Shown in pieces: positions 18,598 to 26,077 of a stretch of 52,144 nt of DNA. Location of the stretch: positions 1 to 52,144 of the IMG/VR virus record IMGVR_UViG_3300009506_000046. One strand, 5' to 3'. Position 1 is the first letter of the stretch. Every line of letters starts with the position of its first letter. The position numbers and the translations under genes are program-made. The notes under the pieces are model-generated. The model was not told the origin of the DNA. It saw only the letters and a list, made by a program, of their open reading frames with translations, and made no database searches. The DNA comes from a virus. Taxonomy: Duplodnaviria; Caudoviricetes.

Positions 18598-18985
18598 TCT
18601 TTAACCTCTCCCTAATGACTTCCACCGGCTGATATTCAAAGTATGGGTCAAGCGCCTCAATGCTCATCCCATTTGCTTTCAAGAGTTGCACAACCTCGTG
18701 GTTGCTCCGGGGAGGCATCTGCACCCGCAGGATGTCAGTCGGGGGGATCGTCCCGCAGAACTCGGCCCAAACATCATTGACCATCCGGAAGCGGGGGTCC
18801 TCATTGTCAACCTCGAACTCAATGTGGATCCTCTGTCCAGGCCCTGGGTTATCATACTGATCCACACTCATCAGAACAAAGGGCAATCTCTCCCCGGCGT
18901 CTGCGTCTCTCCCGGGCATGATGCCGTGGGTCAGGATTGACTTCAGGCTATCCCTATAGCTGTAGTGATAAGCTTTGACCTTCAT
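18590..18985 (-). CDS. Putative ADP-ribosyltransferase-fold protein (Tpt1/KptA/DarT-like)
   Basis: YHYS...LKSILTHGIMP, VLMS, IEFEV, TIPPTDI motif order. Confidence 0.55.
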   Translation of the reverse strand: MKVKAYHYSYRDSLKSILTHGIMPGRDADAGERLPFVLMSVDQYDNPGPGQRIHIEFEVDNEDPRFRMVNDVWAEFCGTIPPTDILRVQMPPRSNHEVVQLLKANGMSIEALDPYFEYQPVEVIRERLKNE

Positions 18986-19021
18986 TTTGCTTGACCTCCA
19001 TCGTACTATTGAATATCATCA

Positions 19022-19057
19022 TATAACCATTGTATAACAGATGATCTTATAAGTCAA
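19022..19057 (-). promoter_or_regulatory. sigma70-type promoter, family A
   Basis: TTGACT-17-TACAAT; 19-mer TATAACCATTGTATAACAG identical to 21761-21779. Confidence 0.8.
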
Positions 19058-19080
19058 TACATTTTCTGCGGCTTAACATT

Positions 19081-19130
19081 AAAAAGTCCCAATGCAACCC
19101 CCGACTCGATACATTGGGGGTTGCATTGGG
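19081..19130 (-). terminator. Intrinsic terminator
   Basis: Perfect 15-bp stem CCCAATGCAACCCCC/GGGGGTTGCATTGGG followed by ACTTTTT on the minus strand. Confidence 0.75.
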
Positions 19131-19138
19131 CGTTTGCT

Positions 19139-19534
19139 CTACTCTGTTTCACCCTTGATTAGGTCTTCTGCCTGGGTCAGGGCCTGCAATCTTGCTAGCG
19201 CCTCCATGTAATACGTCCTCTGGCTGGCGGTCATCGTCGCCAATGCCGTGAGGTTGGTCGCTTTCCCAATTGCCCACAAGGCGACGTCCTCATAGTCGAG
19301 TACGTTCCCTGAGTCAACGTGACCGTGGTAAGTATCTGGAAGTTGGTCGAGATGATTCAGCAAACGGGTCGCTTCGTCCCTCATAGTCTCCAGGTACTCC
19401 CTCATGCTGTCCCCCAACTTCCGGCGCTCGTACTCAACTTGGGTCATCGCTAACCTGGTCGCTTGTTCGGCCGCTTTCTCAAGGGCAATCTGTACCCCGT
19501 CAAGTGCTACTTGTACACTACGCTCGTTATCCAT
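19139..19534 (-). CDS. Helical hypothetical protein (paralog of 19527-19868)
   Basis: GGAGG RBS; shared EDxAxWxIGK motif. Confidence 0.7.
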   Translation of the reverse strand: MDNERSVQVALDGVQIALEKAAEQATRLAMTQVEYERRKLGDSMREYLETMRDEATRLLNHLDQLPDTYHGHVDSGNVLDYEDVALWAIGKATNLTALATMTASQRTYYMEALARLQALTQAEDLIKGETE

Positions 19535-19868
19535 CGTGTTCCTCCGGGAGTTGCTTCAGATCCTGATGCAATCGGTAATCTTCCTCGTACTGTAGGGCTT
19601 CTAGCGCAGCCTGCGCCTCTAGCAGGTGAGTTCGATGCATGTTCAAAACCATCGCTTGATCCAACCACCCTGGCACTTTGCCGATTACCCAGTTGGCGAT
19701 GTCCTCCAAGCCCACGCTATTGTTGAGGCCATCTCCATTGTCCAGGTAGTCAGTGAACCTCTCCGCTTCCTCTTTTACCGTTCGCAAGAAAACTCTGAGA
19801 TCCTCTTCCAGGCGCCCTGCGCTGCGCTCTACGTTCGCCGCGTAGTAATTCTCCCCATGCTCTTTCAC
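19527..19868 (-). CDS. Helical hypothetical protein (paralog of 19139-19534)
   Basis: AGGAGG RBS, GTG start; shared EDxAxWxIGK motif. Confidence 0.7.
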   Translation of the reverse strand: MKEHGENYYAANVERSAGRLEEDLRVFLRTVKEEAERFTDYLDNGDGLNNSVGLEDIANWVIGKVPGWLDQAMVLNMHRTHLLEAQAALEALQYEEDYRLHQDLKQLPEEHDG

Positions 19869-20164
19869 GGCACCCTCCTGATGTCAACCGCGCCGACCAG
19901 CCCGGGCGACAATTCCTCCCGCACGACTGGCGAGCCGTTGTCCCACGCGAGGAAGGTCAATCTCTGCCCCGCCTTAGCGATGACATCCACATCTCCCCAG
20001 TCATCGGGTCCAGCATACAGCAAAACGCGGTACAGATGCTTGCCCTCTCTGTCAAAAACATCCACCCTGGCGCCCTCTGTCCCCGGTTTAACCTGGCAAA
20101 CCTGGACTTGTAGCGCCGGGTCATCCCTTATCTGAAACTCTGGCTTACTCCCTGTCTCTACCAT
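19865..20164 (-). CDS. Hypothetical protein
   Basis: AAGGAG RBS before ATG 20164. Confidence 0.6.
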   Translation of the reverse strand: MVETGSKPEFQIRDDPALQVQVCQVKPGTEGARVDVFDREGKHLYRVLLYAGPDDWGDVDVIAKAGQRLTFLAWDNGSPVVREELSPGLVGAVDIRRVP

Positions 20165-20216
20165 GACCTTCTCCTTGTGCCCGCCCGCCCGCCCTCTTGA
20201 TTGACCGTTTCCCTGA

Positions 20217-20930
20217 TTACTCCGTCTCTGCCAAGTGCGCCCGCAGTTCCCGCAGGTCATCCAGCACGATTGCTTCATTCATTCTGTGCTCCAGGCGCGC
20301 CCGTCCCCATTTGAAATTGCTACCCGTGTAGCTTCCCTCGATAAAATCTGAGTTGGCGGCGACTTGCACATCCTCGACAAAGTTATGCAGCACACCCGTC
20401 GAGCGTGACCACGGTCGGTTGACAGCATCGGCGCGGTTGATCCTCTGTTGAGCCTGGTTTTCGATCTTGCCCAGCGTTTCGAGCCAATCCCCGGGTGCCG
20501 TTTCCCACATCCAAGTGAGAGCCATGCGGTTCAAATCCCTCCGCGCTTCTCCCAAGATCAACTCGTCGCCCTTCCAAGCGAACCGATCAGCGATACCATA
20601 CCCGCGCTCGTGTGCTTCCTGCAGCTGATTCAGCACGCTAGCAACTCGACCTTCGCCGTCGTCAACCGCTCGCCACAACTCGTAGGTAAACTCCGCCAAC
20701 AACTCGGATGCGGTAAACGGTTGCGGGAACTTTTGCAAGTCCTCAAGCTCCAGCTCAATCTCGGCGATACGCTCCGCCCGCGCCTTGCCCTCGTAGCGCT
20801 TCTGCTTTTCCTCCAGGTCCTTCAGTTCCTCTCGCAACTTTCTTGCTTCTGCACTCTCCAGGTCCCACTGTTCCTGTATTGATTTGAACAAACCCGCATC
20901 TTCGATAATCGTAACACTGTTCTTGCCCAT
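20217..20930 (-). CDS. Coiled-coil hypothetical protein
   Basis: AAGGAGG RBS before ATG 20930. Confidence 0.7.
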   Translation of the reverse strand: MGKNSVTIIEDAGLFKSIQEQWDLESAEARKLREELKDLEEKQKRYEGKARAERIAEIELELEDLQKFPQPFTASELLAEFTYELWRAVDDGEGRVASVLNQLQEAHERGYGIADRFAWKGDELILGEARRDLNRMALTWMWETAPGDWLETLGKIENQAQQRINRADAVNRPWSRSTGVLHNFVEDVQVAANSDFIEGSYTGSNFKWGRARLEHRMNEAIVLDDLRELRAHLAETE

Positions 20931-21022
20931 GACCTTCCTCCTTGCTTTTCTATGTCCACCTACGCCGGTGGACTGACCGTTGGGCCGGTTACCTTGTTCC
21001 GGCCCAAGCGTCAGGCCAGCGA

Positions 21023-21292
21023 CTAAAACAAGTACCCTCCACCCAGGTACTGATGACATCGGGAGCATCCCACGTCTACCCGCCCGGTGTGGGAGTCCTC
21101 AACCTCTTCCCTGTGCCCGATCAGGGGGCAAATTACCCGCCCCGCAACCTTGGCCTTGACATCGGTCAGCACGAACCCGATCTTGAGTAACAGAGTTGGC
21201 ACCGGTCTCTTGTCGTCATACCCGCGCATGATGTTCTCAGCGTAGGCCTCATGGTCCAGTTCCTGCAAGTACTTCTTGATCTTCATTGTCAT
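21023..21292 (-). CDS. Small Cys/His protein (DUF1660-like CxxxGH...CxRC)
   Basis: ICPLIGH...GCSRC; GGAGGAG RBS. Confidence 0.55.
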   Translation of the reverse strand: MTMKIKKYLQELDHEAYAENIMRGYDDKRPVPTLLLKIGFVLTDVKAKVAGRVICPLIGHREEVEDSHTGRVDVGCSRCHQYLGGGYLF

Positions 21293-21347
21293 CTCCTCCC
21301 GGTGAAGTCGGAGGGGGGTTCCTCCGACCTCCACCTCTGTTTTTTGG

Positions 21348-21716
21348 TTAGTTGTTTGCCAGGTGCATCAAGTGACTGTGGTAAATTGCTCTTTGGACCT
21401 TGGGGTCAGTGACATTATATTGAGTGCAGTAGCTTTCGGCGTAGTCCTCAGCGCGCTTTTTCAATTCCTCGCTTCGAGCTTTGGCCTCTGCTTCTCGCCT
21501 CTCCTGCAGTTTCCTTTCGAGATACTTGATCTCTGCGTCGAGTTCCGCAAGCGCTTCCTCGGGACCTTCCCCGATTCCGAACAGTCCGTCGAGGTGCTTC
21601 AATTTGCAGGAAAACACAGCTATAAAAGTAATCCCTCCACAGTCGTCCTCGACGTCGATGATGATGTTTACCTTCGATTCCTTTTCTTTGAGCATAACTT
21701 CCTGTAGCCCTGTCAT
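21348..21716 (-). CDS. HicB-like N-terminal domain protein
   Basis: GLFGIGEGPEEALAELDAEIKYL resembles the HicB GxTxEEAL motif; GGAGG RBS before ATG 21716. Confidence 0.55.
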   Translation of the reverse strand: MTGLQEVMLKEKESKVNIIIDVEDDCGGITFIAVFSCKLKHLDGLFGIGEGPEEALAELDAEIKYLERKLQERREAEAKARSEELKKRAEDYAESYCTQYNVTDPKVQRAIYHSHLMHLANN

Positions 21717-21755
21717 TTCTTTCCTCCGTTCTATCATTGAATATTCTTGATTTGT

Positions 21756-21795
21756 CATTGTATAACCATTGTATAACAGGTTTAGGAGAAGTCAA
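21756..21795 (-). promoter_or_regulatory. sigma70-type promoter, family A
   Basis: TTGACT-16-TACAAT; tandem 11-mer CATTGTATAAC x2. Confidence 0.8.
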
Positions 21796-21868
21796 TACTC
21801 CTAACATTAAAATTTCCCAATTCAGACCACAAACCGCCGTCACAAGTTCTTGCACCCCTCCCCTCCAC

Positions 21869-21902
21869 AAAAAAAACCCCCGCTCTTGGTGAGAGCGGGG
21901 GT
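21869..21902 (-). terminator. Intrinsic terminator
   Basis: ACCCCCGCTCT/AGAGCGGGGGT stem followed by a T-run on the minus strand. Confidence 0.85.
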
Positions 21903-21907
21903 CTCAT

Positions 21908-22288
21908 TCAATCGTCGTCGCCTATCACCGTGAAATCTCTAGGGATAGGCATACGGTCAAGGTCGCTATTGTACCATGGGGGATACTGTTGCATTGGCTG
22001 CCCAAGCTGTGGGTACTGCCCGGGTTGTATCACCACAACCGGGGGTTGTTGCGGTTGCGTCCGCGTCTCCGTCTCTCTGCTCTGTTGGGTTTGCCTGTAA
22101 CGCATCAGTATAACCGTGCCTATCATTGTAGCAGGCACGCCAAACGCCAGAGCGCAAACCGCGCCGAGCACGGCTGAAATAGCCGACTCATCCAACCTTG
22201 TCGCTATCACCGCACCCGCGCCGATACAAAACGCGATGACCAGCAGCGCGAACCCTCTACTTGCCCGACCCCCATTGCTCGAATCCAC
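21908..22288 (-). CDS. Two-TM membrane protein with Pro/Gln-rich tail
   Basis: Two hydrophobic segments; GGAGG RBS, GTG start. Confidence 0.75.
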   Translation of the reverse strand: MDSSNGGRASRGFALLVIAFCIGAGAVIATRLDESAISAVLGAVCALAFGVPATMIGTVILMRYRQTQQSRETETRTQPQQPPVVVIQPGQYPQLGQPMQQYPPWYNSDLDRMPIPRDFTVIGDDD

Positions 22289-22304
22289 CTTTGGCCTCCC
22301 AAAA

Positions 22305-22380
22305 TACTACTACTACCTTCCCGCGAACCTCCGGATGTTGCTTTGACCGCAAAAAAGCCCTTGTGCGGGTAGTAGTAGTA
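22305..22380. repeat. Inverted repeat of TAC triplets
   Basis: TACTACTACTACC (22305-22317) and GGTAGTAGTAGTA (22368-22380). Confidence 0.8.
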
Positions 22381-22384
22381 GTCT

Positions 22385-23692
22385 TTACGCTTTTTTTGGT
22401 CGTTTTTCCTGTTCCAGCATCGTGCAAACCTTGGTCACCGCCCTGCCCCTATGGCCTGCCGTGCTTGTGTCACCGTCCCCGAATATGGCTGCGGCGATCT
22501 TGCCCTTGCCTCCCCACTCATACTTGCCGCTCTCCCCGTCATAGATTTGACTCCAAACGGGCCTGGCTAACTCGACTCTTTCACTCAACAAGTCATCGTG
22601 TGGGTCATCATCGTGTGGCTCTGGCAATTCGGGCAAGCCTACGGGAGAACTTGACTGCGACTGAGAGATATTGGTCACCTCTGCCCACAACTCACGTGAG
22701 CCAATGTAGGCGGCCTGGAACCTCGTAACTTGACCGCCAGTGACAGCCATAAAGTCACCCTTGCCGGTCAACCGATCGGCGCCCGTCCCGGCGTAGCCCG
22801 TCGCCACCTTTGCATCCTCCGGTGATGTCACTCGCCCGACCAACCTTACGGGAAAGTTGGCTTTGACCAGTGACCCTATCACCGCCGCCGAGGGTTTCTG
22901 AGTGCAAGCGATTACGTGTATACCCGCCTCTCTTCCCCTCTGCACCAACCTTGTGAGTGGCTTCTCTGCCTCCGGTTCGCTCATGAGCAAGTCGACCAAC
23001 TCATCTATCACGACGACTACCCGAGGTTCTCCCCCCTCGCCGCTGTCGGGCATAATGCCTTCTTGGTCGCGCTTAATCATTAGCCTCACCAACCTGTCGA
23101 GTGCATCCTTGACCTCTTGCCCCTCAGACAATACCGGGGTAAGCAAGTGAGGCAACAAACCAAAATGCTTAAATGCTCTCAGCTTTGGGTCAACGAGCAG
23201 GAACCCAACTCGCTCAGGACTCCAGCGCCGCGCCAACGATGCAATAATGGTTTTAGCCAGTGCGCTCTTGCCGCTGCCGGTAGTGCCAGCGATGAGCAAG
23301 TGACTCACTTGCGGCGAGGGCAACCGCACCAACAGAGGCGCGCCGTCGTCAGCCAGCCCAAGCACGGCGCTGAGGAATGGCCTGTCGGCAAGGTTTTCCT
23401 CCATTGACATCAGGGAGACTATAGACGGGTCAGCCCTGGGAATCTCGATCGTCATCAAATTACCTTGTCTTGCCACCCTGCATGTATCTGTGTCCAGGCT
23501 GAGCGCCAATTCCTCCGCTAACCCTCTCACTTTCGCCACCCTGGTCCCCAACGCTGGCAGTACCTGGAACTGAATCCACCTAGGCGAAACCATCCCCCCG
23601 GTCACCCGCGCTGAGACCTTGTGCCGGGCGAGCACTGCCTCGATGCGGTCGGCCTGGAACTCAAGTACTCGTCGGTTCGTTTTGCTCATCAT
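22385..23692 (-). CDS. FtsK/SpoIIIE-family DNA translocase
   Basis: HLLIAGTTGSGKS Walker A, LLVDPK, VVVIDE Walker B, RGREAGIHVIACTQKP; FtsK-alpha-like N-terminus. Confidence 0.9.
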   Translation of the reverse strand: MMSKTNRRVLEFQADRIEAVLARHKVSARVTGGMVSPRWIQFQVLPALGTRVAKVRGLAEELALSLDTDTCRVARQGNLMTIEIPRADPSIVSLMSMEENLADRPFLSAVLGLADDGAPLLVRLPSPQVSHLLIAGTTGSGKSALAKTIIASLARRWSPERVGFLLVDPKLRAFKHFGLLPHLLTPVLSEGQEVKDALDRLVRLMIKRDQEGIMPDSGEGGEPRVVVVIDELVDLLMSEPEAEKPLTRLVQRGREAGIHVIACTQKPSAAVIGSLVKANFPVRLVGRVTSPEDAKVATGYAGTGADRLTGKGDFMAVTGGQVTRFQAAYIGSRELWAEVTNISQSQSSSPVGLPELPEPHDDDPHDDLLSERVELARPVWSQIYDGESGKYEWGGKGKIAAAIFGDGDTSTAGHRGRAVTKVCTMLEQEKRPKKA

Positions 23693-24335
23693 GCACCCCC
23701 GCAAACTCCTGTGCTTCCCTTGCCCATCCCCTCAGTGAACTATCACTCGGTGGGGAGAACCCGGCCTCTGTCACAAGCTCTCGCACTTTTGCCGCGGTCA
23801 TGTCGTGACTTGTGCCATTACCACGGTAAATTTCCCGCCAATCGTCGACGGTTGCGGTTGGCTTATTGGCGCTTTCCCGTGGCTTTTCGCCACTTGCTGA
23901 CGGTTTCTCTGCAATTTCCCGCCTCTTTTGCGCGTACCCGACAGCAATTACCGTCACTCCGGTGCTACTTGCGACGGATGCGCTCCAGACCCACCACAGC
24001 CAGCCATCACTTAACACTTCTTTCAACGGCAACTCCCGCACGTTCGCCGCCACGTACGGGGCGAGTATCACGGTGAATGTCAACACCATAGCAATTGCCA
24101 TCGGCGCAAGCAATTTGCTGCCTTTATCTCTCTGCACTCTCCAGGCATTCAGCACGTAGGAAATAGCAAAGGCCTCGACCACGGCCATTCCCAAGGACAA
24201 TAGTGCGGCGACGACCCTCCACCACTCCAGCCACTCTTGGGGCAGGGGAGTGCCTTCTGCTATCATCAAAGCACCAGTCCATCTCGGTATGGCGGTCAAC
24301 ACAGCGGCGATCTTGATTGCTTTGGCTTCGTCCAC
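23661..24335 (-). CDS. Multi-pass membrane protein with C-terminal helical/HTH-like domain
   Basis: About four hydrophobic segments, then PPSDSSLRGWARE; overlaps the FtsK start. Confidence 0.7.
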   Translation of the reverse strand: MDEAKAIKIAAVLTAIPRWTGALMIAEGTPLPQEWLEWWRVVAALLSLGMAVVEAFAISYVLNAWRVQRDKGSKLLAPMAIAMVLTFTVILAPYVAANVRELPLKEVLSDGWLWWVWSASVASSTGVTVIAVGYAQKRREIAEKPSASGEKPRESANKPTATVDDWREIYRGNGTSHDMTAAKVRELVTEAGFSPPSDSSLRGWAREAQEFAGVHDEQNEPTST

Positions 24336-24336
24336 C

Positions 24337-24579
24337 CTACACCTCTATTGGGTTTCCGGGTGCGGCAAAGTGCGTCACGGCAAGGTCGGGTAGCTTGGCC
24401 CCCTCGATGCAAGAGTTGAAAACCCAAACCGACTCAATGGAGGCCGGTGTGTCCCCGATGTATCGGCAAATCAGCGACTTTCTCAGCCCCACCGCTAGCA
24501 ATACTCCAAACCCCCTCGGCGTTTTAACCAATGGTTTCTTGTACGTCATTAAAACTTGAAGTAGCTCTTGTGGTTCCAT
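24337..24579 (-). CDS. Hypothetical protein
   Basis: AAGGGGA RBS before ATG 24579. Confidence 0.55.
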   Translation of the reverse strand: MEPQELLQVLMTYKKPLVKTPRGFGVLLAVGLRKSLICRYIGDTPASIESVWVFNSCIEGAKLPDLAVTHFAAPGNPIEV

Positions 24580-24593
24580 TGTGCATCCCCTTT

Positions 24594-24758
24594 CTATTTG
24601 ATCTGCCTCCCGCACCGGAGGCAATACCACCGCCCCAAGCTTGGTGCAAACCAAGCTTGGAACTTTTTACCTTCTCTATTGGTCACGCAATTGTCAAACT
24701 TGCATTGCTTCGGCTTGCGTGTCCAACGCTTCGACCAGACAACCGCCCCCGATGTCAC
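24594..24758 (-). CDS. 54-aa zinc-finger-like protein (absent from the ORF track)
   Basis: GTGA overlap with upstream stop; MTSGAVVWSKRWTRKPKQCKFDNC...WYCLRCGRQIK. Confidence 0.55.
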   Translation of the reverse strand: MTSGAVVWSKRWTRKPKQCKFDNCVTNREGKKFQAWFAPSLGRWYCLRCGRQIK

Positions 24759-25543
24759 GCTAGCTCAATCGGGAAATTCCTCACCGCCAAGTCCTCGGGT
24801 ATAGCAACCGTCTTTGGCCTCACCCCCGCCATCTGTTTGAAAAAGAAAGGCACGCTCCAACGGTTGCAAGTGTCCCTGATCGCCCTCGCCCACTCGGGAT
24901 CCATCGGGCGGTAGTTCGGTCCGCTCTCCCCGCCGACAATGACCCAATCAGTCATCACGACCCAACCCGACAGGTCAACAAACTCGAGCAACGGCTCCAC
25001 GCTCAGAAATGTCTTACAAGATGGATTGTCCAACAAGATATCTCGCATCATTGGAGCGCGCTTGTCAAGCGTTTCCTGGTCCTCTATGCTGGTTCCCAGC
25101 CAAAGATTGTCGGCAAGTTGCTCCGGGCTCTCCCTGAAAAAGTCGCGCGCCTGGCGTGGTCGCTTGGTCAAAACCAACCACTGAAGCTCTGGTCTGGTTT
25201 TGGCAATCATGTCGAACAACTCATAGCGCCACTTCATCAGCGAGGGGTTATCCTCAAACACATCGCACAACGACCCGCAGAAGACTTTCAGCGGGCTGAA
25301 ACCGTCGCCGCCCTCCGCTTTTCTTTGCACCTCCCTCATCCACCTGAATGGTTGCCCCCAATACTGGTCAGTCGTTCTGACCCGCGTGCTGGTTTCAACT
25401 GGTCCCCAAGAATTCGCCCACCTATCCTTGCGGGTCATTTCCCGCTCGGCGTAGCAATTGGCGCAGCCCGCAGAGACTTTTTGACACCCAACCCAAGGAT
25501 TGAATGTCGCATCTGTCCATTCTATCCCACTCTGTTTTCCCAC
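24755..25543 (-). CDS. Phage Gp37/Gp68 (DUF5131) radical-SAM-like protein
   Basis: IEWTDATFNPWVGCQKVSAGCANCYA, LTKRP, WVIVGGESG, FFFKQ motifs. Confidence 0.92.
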   Translation of the reverse strand: MGKQSGIEWTDATFNPWVGCQKVSAGCANCYAEREMTRKDRWANSWGPVETSTRVRTTDQYWGQPFRWMREVQRKAEGGDGFSPLKVFCGSLCDVFEDNPSLMKWRYELFDMIAKTRPELQWLVLTKRPRQARDFFRESPEQLADNLWLGTSIEDQETLDKRAPMMRDILLDNPSCKTFLSVEPLLEFVDLSGWVVMTDWVIVGGESGPNYRPMDPEWARAIRDTCNRWSVPFFFKQMAGVRPKTVAIPEDLAVRNFPIELA

Positions 25544-25765
25544 GGTTTAGCCTCCTTGTGTTTTTTTATGTCACACTGACGTTACATTCACCAACCGGGC
25601 GGGGAGCGCACCCGATAAAGTTCCCCGGTTGGTTAGCAAAAGCCATTCCCTTATCAGTCGGCTAGATCGGATGCTCAGTCCATCTATGCCAGGTTCCCTT
25701 TTCTCCTTTCGGTTAGGGGTCATGTGTGCTCCCCGGTGGTTCCTGCTTTATCTCTTGTGCGGCTT

Positions 25766-26077
25766 CTATGACGGAGCGAAGCCCAATATTTCAAACAGCT
25801 GCAATCTAATCTCTCCGGCCAATTCCTGCAGCTGATCGCCCAACCTGCCAACGTCCTCCGGTGTTGCGCAGGAGATCAAAAGTTGCTCGGCGATGCATGA
25901 CATATCTTCCTCATCGCCAGTCAACGCAAGCAAAAGCTTTATGGCCAACCTAATGAATCCGCTGGCCTCGCGGTCGTTAACGTATGGGACAAGGGCTTGA
26001 TACAAGTCTCCGTCCATAACGATTCGCATCGTCTTTCTGTTGGGTTGGTCGTACTCCCTCAAGTTTTCAAGTCTCAT
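25766..26077 (-). CDS. Putative RHH-like DNA-binding protein
   Basis: KTMRIVMDGDLYQAL...SGFIRLAIKLLL pattern; ATGA coupling. Confidence 0.5.
   Translation of the reverse strand: MRLENLREYDQPNRKTMRIVMDGDLYQALVPYVNDREASGFIRLAIKLLLALTGDEEDMSCIAEQLLISCATPEDVGRLGDQLQELAGEIRLQLFEILGFAPS

Noticed and set aside
24644-24660. CCAAGCTTGG repeated palindrome (24634-24660) as a regulatory site
   Set aside because: Falls inside the 54-aa zinc-finger-like ORF; no independent support
25640-25700. Hammerhead ribozyme or SAM riboswitch
   Set aside because: CUGAUAA is not followed by a correctly placed GAAA core, and SAM-riboswitch consensus elements were not found by eye
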